This document shows positions 52,497-64,000 of a stretch of 64,000 bases of DNA, one piece after another. A model generated the notes under the pieces. It was given only the letters and a program-made list of their open reading frames with translations, did not search any database and was not told the DNA's origin. Location: the NCBI GenBank assembly GCA_000165425.1, contig CT868096.1:558001-622000 (forward strand). The letters are read 5' to 3'. The stretch comes from Paramecium tetraurelia (lineage: Eukaryota). Position numbers and translations under genes: made by a program. Position 1 is the first letter of the stretch; each line of letters begins with the position of its first letter.

Positions 52497-53344
52497 TCAT
52501 TCTTATTACAACCATTTTTTTCTTCTTTCCACTTCTGCCATTCCTTTAGTCAAATATAACGATTATATATCCTCTTTTGACTTTAACTTTTAATCCTCTT
52601 CAGGCTTCCAATAAATAAAGTAGTTTTAATTCTCTAGGAATTATCTTAAATTATTAAAGTTTCCTGAGCAGGCTTTGAGTAGAGTGATCATTTTCTCAAA
52701 TGGGATATCATACCATAAGCTTAAATCATGGAGAGCATTCTAAAATTATTCTTACTTTAATCTTTAGGATTATTAATAGTTAGGATTAGTAGGAAATCTT
52801 TATTCCTAATAGGCAGGTGCTGAGCAATATAGAATATATTTTTATAAGTCAGTAAGTTAATAATAATTTTAAGGTTATGGTTATACTTCTGGCTGAATGC
52901 GTCTTTTTTTCTTTAACAAAGGTTCTCCTATCTGTTTCATTTCCTTTTTCTTTTATATATCTTCTTTTTGTTTTTTAATTTCCTCGTTAATTTTACAAAT
53001 TTTTATTTCATTTTTCTCATAAATTAAGGTTCCCTCCAAACCATTATTTTTAATAAATTCAATAATTGATTTCAAATCGTCTTCTGTTAACTTCTTTATA
53101 CAGTTGATATATCTAAGTTTTAATTCATCAGGTGTCTTTTTATGACATTTTTGTGATAATTGCTCAAAATGTTAATAGGTTAATTTTTCATTTAACATTT
53201 TTTCTAATATCAGCAGATCTTCAAATAAAGAAAATTAACTTTAGTCTAAATGTTAAACTATAATTAATTAGAAACAATAATACCAATCTTTTTTTCTTTT
53301 GCTTAAGTGTGTTCTTAGATGTATTGTTATATCAATTAAAGCAT
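52497..53344 (-). CDS. Rap1/TERF2IP-like protein (Myb-like domain plus Rap1 C-terminal domain)
   Basis: FSLFEDLLIL...KTPDELKLRYINCIKKL; C-terminal LLKACSGNFNNLRQFL...WKPEEDQKL...LYLTKGMAEVERRKKWL. Confidence 0.75.
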
Positions 53345-53986
53345 AATATAAAAAACAAATTATTAATATTTTTTATCATCTTTATTATTTTAGAGAATAA
53401 TCCTTTTGTATTAAAAACTTTAGACTCTATATTTATATTATATTGATTCTGTTCAAAGGTCTATTCAGTATTGAATTCTTTATAAATATTTATCCACAAT
53501 TCTTGTGCATCTAATTTTCATTTTGACCTAGCATTTTGTAACTCATTTATGTCTTTTCATTTATTCTACAAAGGAGATGATTAGATTTTAATTTAACAAC
53601 TAAAATAATTGAGTTTATCTTCGATTCCACTTGTTGTTTATAAAAATTAAAAAAATGTCTTTTAAAATTTGAGTATCATTATAGTATTATAATTTTTCTG
53701 AAGTCTATGTTTTTGATTATTAACATATCATCCATTTCTTCACATCCAATATTGTTATTTAAGGTAAGAAGTATTATAATACCTTTTAGAGGTTTAAAGT
53801 ATCGTATTGTTTTTATTTCGATTACATTCTATTTAGGAAATTTGTGTAAATATTTTCAGCTTTGAAATCGATGAATATAAATCAGAATTGCATCAATTTT
53901 GATATATAATACTTTTTGTAATTCTATTAAAAATTGAGTTACCTTCTTAAATTAATTACAAAGAAGTCATTAATTAAATTTAAAAA

Positions 53987-55423
53987 ATGGCATTAGCACT
54001 AGCAAAGAATATTGATCTACATTTACCGTATTAATAGCTTCCAACTAAAAAATAAAAAAAAATTAAAATACATTGTTTAGAATATGGCCATCGTGATTAA
54101 AAAGTAGAATATTTAAACTTAACACCCGAAACTGATGTGATAAAATCAAGATTACAATGTATTAAGTGCATTAATGGTCCTTACTCAAATTTTAGGTAGT
54201 AAAATGCTGTGCTCGAAGAAGTAATAGAAAATATTATCTAAATATTTAGGTTTTAAGTGACGACATGAATGTTATGAAACATACACATTTTTAGGGAAAT
54301 CTTTACCAAGAATTTTCAAATCTTTATCATTCCTTAAATTTAGATATTAGCAAAGATGACATTAAATTTGTAATTGTATTTATTGATCATAGAGAATTGC
54401 AACAATTAAAAAATAGATTTTATACGATCTTTAAGTATTAGAATAAGATGTGCTTAGTAATTATGATAAGTATTAAGAAATATAAGATAAAATAAAATAA
54501 TAAGTTGACAATTTAAAACCTGTAATAGAAATTCTTATAATAGGATTTTGATTTTTCTGAGTTATAAGTGCATTTAGAGAATTACGCCAAAGAAGGTCCC
54601 AACCCCCCACCTAAGTCATAAAAGAAAATAAATGATTTACTTAATAAATATGTTTAAAACTTACATAACCCAAAAATAGCTCAAAAAAAAATCGACAGTT
54701 TAGAATAGCTTAAAACAAAGGTTAATGACTTTACTAAGAAATTATGGTAAAAATTGTTATTATTATAAAAGCTTTCATATTCATAAACTTGACTAAGGAA
54801 TGGAAAAAATTTAAAACATAATTGAGGAAATGAAAAAAACATTCTCTGAAAATAACTTTACCTAATCCTAATTGTCAAACGACTATATATCAATAGTCTT
54901 GGAAAGAATTGACAAAGATTATAAAGACACTACAAAAGTTGAACAAATAAAGAACTTATATACAAGTATTCATGAGGGACTTAAGTATGATACAATATTA
55001 AACCATCTAAAATAGGAAGAATCATCAAAATTGCTCTTTATTTTCAAAAGTTCTAATTCTTAAATATTTGGAGCATATACTTCACCTGCACTTGCACCTG
55101 CACCTGTACTTGCACCTGCACCTGCACCTGCACTTGCACCTGCCGTTTAAAATCCTAGTTTTATGTTTTCATTAAGCAAATAATAAATTTATCCTTTAAA
55201 TTCAAATACGAAACCTTTATAATATAATAAGGATGCTAATGACATTAATGAGCTATTTACTTTAGGAACTCAAGATCTAGTCATATAATCATCATTTGAA
55301 AAATGTAAATCAAAATTAGGCAGTAGCTTTGATTTAAGTGGTTACTAGATAACCAATTAAGATATGCATTTAGCAAATGCAGTAGAATTTGAAATAGTTG
55401 CCTTAGAGATATTCAAATTATGA
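53987..55423 (+). CDS. TLDc-domain protein with N-terminal Cys/His (B-box-like) motif
   Basis: C...GH......CIKC at the N-terminus; LY....EG, LLFIFKS...IFGAYT, SFMFSL, LG..DL.I, LEIF TLDc motifs. Confidence 0.8.
55082..55144 (+). repeat. (GCACCT)n hexamer repeat encoding a Pro-Ala run
   Basis: tcacctgcacttgcacctgcacctgtacttgcacctgcacctgcacctgcacttgcacctgcc. Confidence 0.95.
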
Positions 55424-55676
55424 TAATTATAAAATTTAATTGTATAATCAAAACAAAATATTTTATACAAAGTAGAGCATTATCCCAACAAACTTGCCTA
55501 AAATTATTCTATCTCCATTTAAAAAATAATAAATAACACTTATGATATATTATCTCATTTATAAGAATGTTATTATCCTGTAGGCTGCCTTAAAACTTAC
55601 TGATTTATTCATAATTTGTTAAATAGTATTATCAAATTTAACCGAATACATTAAATAAAAATAATTTAGTTAGAGA

Positions 55677-56661
55677 ATGAATTAATTAGTAGAGAGCCAA
55701 AATATTTTGAATGAATAGTAGATATTACAGAGTGAATAAAATAAAGATGTTTTTAAATAAAAACCTCTTCTAAAACCATAATCACCTTCTAATAAAGAAA
55801 ATAGATAAGAACAATATTGTATGTAAAAGTAATAGTTGACCTAAAAATCTGGTTAAGATAATTCAAGAACATTGAAAAATGTAAGATTGATCTATATTAA
55901 ATAGGAAAATGTTGAGTTAAAGAATTTAATCAATGTAAATAAATAATTAGTGAATTTTGGTCTCGTTTTACCTGGAAACATCTGTGAAGATGATATTTAA
56001 TTCCAAAACATCTCAAATGAAACAATTCTTATCGAAATTTAAGTTGTTTGCAATAACACAGAATTTGATGATTTAGATGAATATGTCTATTCTGCTAGAA
56101 AGCTTAATGGATATGATTATAAAGATCGATTTATGCTTGCTTGTCCAGGATAAAAACAATTCTCTATGAAAGTAGCTTTGAAAGTGCCAAATATAAAAGA
56201 TTAAAAAGGATTATTTGGATTAATAATAATAACAGCTTTAAACTAAAATCAATAAAAGATCCAAGGTTAAATTAACACTATTCTGCAAAGTTAAGTACTA
56301 CTACCATTAATTTAATGTTCTAAACAACTGATAAATAGTAATTTAATTAATTTCATTAATAGATCTATATAACCTACCAATAATATAAATGGCCTTTAAA
56401 TTAGGTAAGAAATTGGATTGTAAGATTTAATTTAGAAATAACAGTATAATTGGCTTGTCTTTGGAAATGGAAATTCTAGATAAAATTAATTGTGAAATAA
56501 TTGTTAATCCTTAAGCTATATCAGTTCAAAGTAATTCTTAATTTTTAGTTACAATGAATGTAAAAAATAAAGAAGTATAACAAATAAAAAATGTGCTAAT
56601 AATTAAAATAAAGAATTCAAATGTTCACTTTAGTTACCCATTCATTATTTAAGTTTATTGA
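55677..56661 (+). CDS. Hypothetical protein with ASH/MSP-like Ig-fold segments
   Basis: VNFGLVLPGNICEDDIQFQNIS.. (F-G...N-S pattern typical of ASH domains); tiny introns. Confidence 0.55.
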
Positions 56662-57541
56662 TAACAAAAATCTATTATAATCAATTAAAAATATATATTT
56701 TTAAATTATAAAAATGAAAGTACAAAGTAATCAAACTTCAAGAAATTGTTTTAGGTTAATTTATCTTCTGAAAGTGTATATGTTTATAACAAGTAATCAT
56801 TTCAACCACAATGACTAAATATTTTATTTAAAAGGTTGAAAAATTTGTTTTTTATATTTATATATTGTATTTAGATTAAAGATTGGAGATTCTTTTATAG
56901 TTTTAGAATTTTATCAATTTATCATTATTATTATAAAGAATATTAATAAAAATAAACTTTGCTAAACAGCATCCATATCTCAGGAGCGATGGGAAATGGA
57001 TTCAAGAATTAAATTATCAAGAAAACACTTAGTAAAATTGTAAATTAAGAACTATTGTTGAAAACCTCCAATTTAAACAAATTTTAAGTTTTTACATAAT
57101 TATTCCTTTAAGCAATTAAATATACTAGATTTAAATTGCTGGAGAAAGGAATAAAAATATTATAAGTTTAATAGAATTATAAATAAATAACAAATAAAGA
57201 AGTTTAATGTAATTTAGAAAAAGGATACATCAAAAAAAAAGTTCTATTTAATTTAGCACAAAGAATTATGAAAAAGAAGTTAAGATTGTAACTATTAAGC
57301 TTTGGTTAAAGCTATATGATTAAAGCATAAAAATTGATAATGATTAGGATTGATTATCTAATAATGAAAGTTGAAAATTTATCAATAAATATTGTATATA
57401 CACTATCTTATTAATAAAAATGCATAACATTGATTTTAAGCACACAGTTTATATTTATATTTACTATTCTAAAACTAATTAGAAATATCTAATTAATAGA
57501 AATTAAAATAACATAAATAATCTTTAGTTTGCTAAGATAAA

Positions 57542-60315
57542 ATGAGCTTAAAAAATTAAGAAATTGATCAATAATAAGATGAAAGACAACAAGTCTAACC
57601 ATATAATTGGAAAAAATAAATAATAGAAGAGAAAAATTTAGAATATTTTGATAATTACTAATTCTATAATAAAGGTAGGGAGTTTAATAAAAGAAATTAC
57701 GGAGTGACAGTTGATTACAAATTTGGGAAGGTAATATTATCACAAGATTTTTTGGAGAGCCAACAAATACAGTTTTATATGAATTTGTTCAAGAATGTAT
57801 ATAAAAATGTTAAAGTATGATATACTTTTATTTTATAGTTGGCTGCAGCATCTTGCCATTTTTTTTAAGAATTTTGGACCTAATAAGCGGAAGATATATA
57901 TTTAAGAATAAATCCTATTAATACCTAATTAATTTCGAATAATCAATATTAATAATAAAATACATAGTTGGATTACCAATTGAGATTGAATAATCAAAAT
58001 GAATTTGACAAAGGATCTGAAGTAATTAAGAATGAAAGCAAATAATAATGGAAGAATAATAATTCAGAAGGAAATATTGAATAAAAAAATGAAAAAATTT
58101 AAACTGAGAACTAATAATAGAAAGATAATAATAATTCAGAAGGAAATGTTTAGTAAACATCTGAAATAACCAAGAATGAAAACTAATAATAGAAAGATAA
58201 TAATAATTCAGAAGGAAATATTGAATACAAAAATGAAAAAATTTATACTGAAAACTAATAATAGAAAGATAATAATAATTCAGAAGGAAATGTTTAGTAA
58301 ACATCTGAAATAACCAAGAATGAAAACTAATCGTTAAAAGAGAATATTAATTTAGATGGAAATGGTGAATAAACAAATGAAAAAATTTAGAATGAAAACT
58401 TAGAATAGAAAGAGAATAATAATTCCGATGGAAATGTTTAGTAAACATCTGAAATAACCAAGAATGAAAACTGATCATAATAGAAAGATAATAATAATTC
58501 AGAAGGAAATGTTTAGTAAACATCTGAAATAACCAAGAATGAAAACTAATCGTTAAAAGAGAATATTAATTTAGATGGAAATGGTGAATAAACAAATGAA
58601 AGAAATTTAGAATGAAAATCTTAGACAACTAAGAAAGAGAACTAATAATTCCGATGAGAAACTGTTTCAGTAAACTATCTGAAATAGCCAAGAATGAAAA
58701 CTAATAATAGAAAGATAATACATAATTCAGTTAAGGAACATATTGACACCTAAAAAAATGAAATAAATTTAAATCTGAAAACTTAGAATAGAAAGAGAAT
58801 AATAATTCCGATGGATAATGTTATAGTAAACTATCTAAAATAACTCAAGAATGATAAACTAATAATAGAAAGATAATAATAATTCAGAAGGAAATATTGA
58901 ATAAAAAAATGAAAAAATTTAAACTGAAAACTAATAATAGAAAGATAATAATAATTCAGAAGGAAATGTTTAGTAAACATCTGAAATAACCAAGAATGAA
59001 AACTAATCGTTAAAAGAGAATATTAATTTAGATGGAAATGGTGAATAAAAAAATGAAAAAATTTAGAATGAAAACTAATAGTAGAAAGATAATAATAATT
59101 CAGAAGGAAATTTTGATTAAACAGAATAATCAATTTAAATTAAAAACTAATAATAATAATAAGAGAATAATAATTCAGAAGGAAATGTTGATTAAATAAA
59201 AGAACAAATTTAATTTGAAAATTAATAATAAGAGAATGATAATTCTAAAGGAAATTAGAATTATAATTCCGATAGAAATGTTGATTAAATATCTGAAACA
59301 ACTAAGAATGAAAACTTATAATAATAATAAGCAACTAATTCAGAAATTTATGTTGAATAACCAAGCCTATAATAATAATACAAAAACAATTCATAAATTA
59401 TTTAATAAACAAATGGACACCTCTAACCATAATATAAAAACAAATCAGAAATTCTAGCATAATAACAAACTAAAACCAAGCATGAATAATATTTATAAAA
59501 AACCAATTCAGGAATTCTTGTTTAATAAACAAATGAAAATTAATAATAATAAAATAACAATTTATAAGAATAAGTCAATAACATTTCAAAATAAAATGTT
59601 GAACAAACTTATGAAACAAGAGAGAATGATAAATAATAGTAAGAAAAAACGAATATTCCTGAAACTGCATCTGAATAAACTTCCGTAAGTGATGAGATCT
59701 ATCAATAGCCTCCAATCTAAAACTAGCCATAAAATCCACTGCCCGTACAAACCCCATAAAGAACATTTGTATTTAAAATTACTAGTATTACTTATGAAGA
59801 ACCGAAAAAAAAAGAAAAGTTTTAGATTAATAAATTATGTGATTTACTAAATTAAGTAGCTTAAATGAATGGACTAAACTCTCAAGAAGATTTAAAAGCT
59901 TAGGATTACTTATATTTTCCAATCAATCTCAGTCAAGCACATTGGATAAGCGTAGTAGTCAACTTAAAAAAAAAAATAATTTATTATTTTGACTCCTATT
60001 ATGAAAGCGTAGAGGATGATGTAAAAGAAGGCATATTTATAATATTAAAAAGCTTAAATTTTGACCGCTAAGATTTTAAATTTGAATGCAAATGGAATAA
60101 ATAATAAAATGGGTAAAAATTTATTTTTATATATTAGATATGATTGTGGTGTTTTTATTTTATTATCATTATTATATACATACCAAGAAGAGGATAACTA
60201 TTCCTATAATTAACAAAGGGCAACTGAGTTTAGAAATCGAATTTTATATGATTTAGCTATTGTGGGTTCTTAGACAAATTTAACAAAAGAACAATTTGAA
60301 TCCATTATAAATTGA
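57542..60315 (+). CDS. Ulp1/SENP-family (C48) cysteine protease with a large internal tandem repeat
   Basis: YFPINLSQAHW, IYYFDS, QQNG/YDCGVF catalytic H-D-C motifs; frame disrupted inside the repeat at ~58470-58860. Confidence 0.8.
58030..59330 (+). repeat. 72-bp (24-aa) coding minisatellite with alternating unit types
   Basis: Units NENQQQKDNNNSEGNVQQTSEITK and TENQQQKDNNNSEGNIEQKNEKIQ repeated roughly 17-18 times. Confidence 0.92.
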
Positions 60316-60918
60316 AAGATCCTATTTTAAGATTATATAGAATAATTATATTAATATTTTAATCTAAAAATTTATTAATGATAACATAGTCCATATATGA
60401 GGATGTCTAATTTTCTTAACTCAACTTAAAAACAGGTGTTAATCGTTTTATGAATCTAGAAATGAAAAATTTGTTTGTATTTTATTACTTTATACTGAGA
60501 TAATTATCGTTCGTAAATCAGTAAATGATAAAATTTGACTGATTATAATAAAGATGCAACTTGCAATTTATTTGAAATGATAGATTTTCTTATTTAAACA
60601 GATTGATTTTCAAACATTAAATATATTTAAAACATTTTACTAATTAGAAATAATTTGCAAAATAAATATTAATTTCAATTTAAAATATTTCCTTTATTAA
60701 TCATTTAGTGAAAATTAAAATTTATTAGATAATTTTTGTTATTTGTAATTAAGTAGAGACATTTCTTGGTAAATACTAGTCATAATGGTCCCTAAATTTT
60801 TAAGATAAATAAAAAATGAAACTTAAATAATTCTAATAAGATTAATTGGGAAAATATTATAATTAATTTGATTAATAATATTTTAACAGATTATTATAAT
60901 TTTTAACGTATAATTAAA

Positions 60919-61889
60919 ATGATTCAAGAATAGTATAGGTTCTTTGGTAAAGAATTAGTCAATTCTTCAGGCGAATTTTAAAAGGAAAAGACTGAAGGAA
61001 ATAAACCAAAGGATTTGACAGTTTAACCAAAATATTTAAAATTTAATTTAAAGTATGAAGAAAAGGAAAATTAGATAGAAGAAGTGCCTAATATTAGCTA
61101 ATCATATCAATTTGATTAATCAATAATAAAGAATCCCTAATTTACACCAATTTACAATTAAGAAATTTTTTAATATTTAATAAGCTAAGAATAGAAATTC
61201 TTAGTTAGTCATAATTATATGAATGAATAACGATAACCAGATTTAAATGGATGAAATTTTCTATATCACATCACAATTAATCGATAGATTTTTGAATATT
61301 TAAAAAACAACTAGATGCAATTGTAATTAGTAGGGGTTGCTTCATTATTTTTAGTTTGTAAATATGAAGAAATTTACCCTCCAGATATAAAACACTTTGT
61401 TTATATTGCTGATAATGCTTATACAAAATATGATGTTTTGGATATGGAAGGTCAAATTTTGTAGACTTTAGATTTCTCAATTACTTAACCATCAAGTTAT
61501 TGTTTACTGTAGAGATTTGGGAGAATTGCTGAATTAGATACAAAAAACTTGTTTCTAGCTCAATACTTATTAGAACTATCAATAATCGATATCAAATTTA
61601 TGAATTACAAGCCATCATTCTTAACTTGTGCTGCTATTTATCTAGTCCATAAAATAAGGTATCAGATCTATATTTTCATAGAAAGACTCCATAATCTTGG
61701 AATGAAGAGATGTAAAATATAACAGGATACAATGAATAGGAACTAAGATTTTGTGCAAAGGAAATGTGTTTGATTCTTTAATCATCAGACAAATCAAATC
61801 TTTAAGCAGTTTGAAAGAAGTTTGCTTAAACATAATATCTAGAAGTATCAAGAATCAGAGTTGAAAGACAAACTAAATCATAAAAATGA
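60919..61889 (+). pseudogene. A/B-type (mitotic) cyclin pseudogene
   Basis: LIDRFL, LQLVGV..L....KYEEIYPP, ME..IL..LDF, AQYLLEL; the MRAILVDW helix is deleted (~61249), with a frameshift (~61317) and a premature TGA (61812). Confidence 0.88.
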
Positions 61890-61993
61890 ATTTTTAATCC
61901 ATTCTAGTTAAATTTGTAATTACTTGGGGGGTGATTGTAAGAAAATCTATCTTGTTTTCGCAAAAAAATTAATAGTAAAATAATGGATTATTT

Positions 61994-63304
61994 TCATTCA
62001 AATTGTGAAGTCAGTTGATGAGATATGTTAGTTCTAGCAGCTTACGGATTGGCACTTTTTGTTCTTAGTCTGCAAGCATCAAAAGATCTTCTTGAAGCCA
62101 ATGTTATGATTCTATCTTTGTTAAATCTTTCATTAATATCTTATACACAATGCTTATTTATATTAACCCATCTATTCTCATTCGCTTATTTTTGCAAAAG
62201 ATGAGTGGCTTATTCACTTGCTACTTTTTACATAAATGCTGATATCTGACATGATTATCTTTTTTTTAAAACTTTTAACTTCCTTTTCACTTTAGATTTT
62301 AACTATAAAAATTAAGTTATTATTACAATCATCTCTTGCTATTTCTTTTCTAGGTATTCAAGCATATCAGCTTCTTCCTTCACTTTTTCAGCTTAAGAAA
62401 ATTCCTTTAATTTTAAAAGCTATTTTTGTTTTGACCTCATATCGAGAACTTTTTTAGAGACTTTAAAAACTTTTGGTTAAAGCTCTTCTTAAAATTATTT
62501 GCTCATCTCCTAAATGGTTTTTTTTTGTTGTTCCTTAAAGCATATATAAATTCTTACTAGAAGCATATTAAATTTATAAAATCTACTATTCTGAAAATCA
62601 ATAACAAACTCATTCCACTTTTTTTATTAATGATATTAATGTTCAAAAGCTGTTTTTTAAACCAAAGTTTCTTAATATTTTTGCAATTAGGTAATGTAAT
62701 TTTTCCATCTCTTTTACTACTTTACCTTTATTTCCTATATTCTGTTTTCTATTCTATGCATTTCTTTAACATCACCATTCTTACAACAAATTTTATAATA
62801 ATCTTTAAGCATTGTAATCAAATTATTAATGTAAGGATTATTTAAATAATCAACTCTTCTTTTATCTCGTTAACTCCCTTCTATTTAAGCTATCAGCATT
62901 TCACTTTAGATTTAATTTAAATTTTATTCTTGTTATTATTGCATCACTAATTGTCTAAGTTCTTCATAATAATCTATTTCTGTTATTATCATAATAATAT
63001 CTTCAATTGTAAACTCTTTAGCACCTTTGAGCAAGAGATTATCAAAGTAAATTTAGTCTAAGGTAATTGGAAATTATTTACATTCCTTATTGCATTCATA
63101 AATATTATTTAATATTTTATCAACCTGCTCTAGTGATATAAATCCAACTTACTATTCATCTTATTAATTGAAGTGCCTCAAAAGTGTTCCTAATTTCATA
63201 TTATTAATTATATTTTATATATGAGTCAGAAAATCAATAACATCATTTTTCAATTTCTCTCAGATGGATACCATTAACCTTTCCCAAGTCTTACTATTTT
63301 TCAT
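61994..63304 (-). pseudogene. EF-hand-like plus coiled-coil protein; 5' half apparently disrupted
   Basis: DEQQVGFISLEQVDKIL and KVSKKVLDMRSKQKQLLKLKEFSQAEKVKEEADMLE; in-frame TGA at codon 15 and frame changes not clearly explained by introns. Confidence 0.5.
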
Positions 63305-64000
63305 AGAAAGATTAGAAATAAATTTATAGTAAGATATATAATTATAAATTTTATATTTGAGTTTTGTGAAATATTGATAGAATTTGCTTGAATGAAAATC
63401 CTTGCTCAAAAAGTTTAAAGATTTATTCAAATAGGCATTGTAATTTATCCTATGATATTCATTCCCATTATTTGATGTATTTACTCAATTAACAGTTATC
63501 TTATAATAATTATTAAAATTTAGTGAATAGAAATTGTTATTTAAACCAATTTAATCCCCAATTAGAATTTTTATCATATTTTTGTTTAAAGTTAATAAAA
63601 TATCTCACTCTATCATTTATATAATTAATTGAACATTGTGGTAAATAAAGTATAAGATTAAAAGGTTTCTATTTTACTAAATTTAACTTGGAGACTGTAA
63701 ATCTTGATATATAGTTTATAAATAATTACCAAATACTGATTTTTATTTAATCTCAATTATATAATTATATGGGATAACCAAAAAATTTAACTCTAATAGT
63801 TAAATTGTTGAGTATTTGTTAATTAAATCTTTATTTTCTAAAACCATCCTTAAAATACCATTACCTTTTGAAAATCAAATATACTTAAATTTGAGATTTT
63901 AAACTAATGATTGATTTTTTATGAAAATAATATTAGATTCATAATGAATTTAACTCATCGCCTTAATTTGAACATCATTTTAATATTCTTGAAACGAGAA

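Noticed and set aside
58026..59330. Regular repeat array as a CRISPR, or the minus-strand hydrophobic ORF
   Set aside because: Eukaryotic context, no unique spacers, no cas genes; units are in-frame codons of the plus-strand gene
57542..60315. Ulp1 gene as cargo of a Mutator-like transposon
   Set aside because: No transposase, terminal inverted repeats or target-site duplication seen
49590..60315. HP1-like, Rap1-like and Ulp1 genes as a functional chromatin cluster
   Set aside because: Interspersed with unrelated genes on mixed strands; no evidence beyond proximity
61812..61814. In-frame TGA in the cyclin as selenocysteine or readthrough
   Set aside because: The same gene has a deletion and a frameshift; simple decay explains it

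Overview
This is gene-dense, very AT-rich ciliate macronuclear DNA, most likely Paramecium of the aurelia complex. The evidence is that TAA/TAG read as Gln, TGA is the only stop, GT..AG introns are about 20-35 nt, and intergenic gaps are very short. The supplied standard-code ORF track is therefore mostly fragments or antisense shadows, so I re-translated genes by hand in code 6; starts and intron boundaries are approximate. About 40 genes or pseudogenes are recognisable. They include HMCES/SRAP, Tudor-SN, two CNBD K+ channels, GH20 hexosaminidase, importin-9, an ERG24-type sterol reductase, RPS9, TIP41, MPDU1, acylphosphatase, a Qc-SNARE, two NWE-motif ciliary MIPs, an HP1-like chromodomain protein, a DnaJ protein, a TLDc protein and a Ulp1 protease, plus decayed M20-peptidase and cyclin genes. 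The most notable observations are a Myb + RCT Rap1/TERF2IP-like protein, an HP1-like chromo + chromoshadow protein, and three apparent pseudo-enzymes (CCP deglutamylase, calpain, P-loop NTPase). Also notable are CCHC zinc knuckles in both K+ channels, an intronless VWA + Cys/His + RGG protein, and lipid-anchored or SILK/RVxF small proteins. I saw no tRNA, rRNA, CRISPR array, transposase or telomere array.
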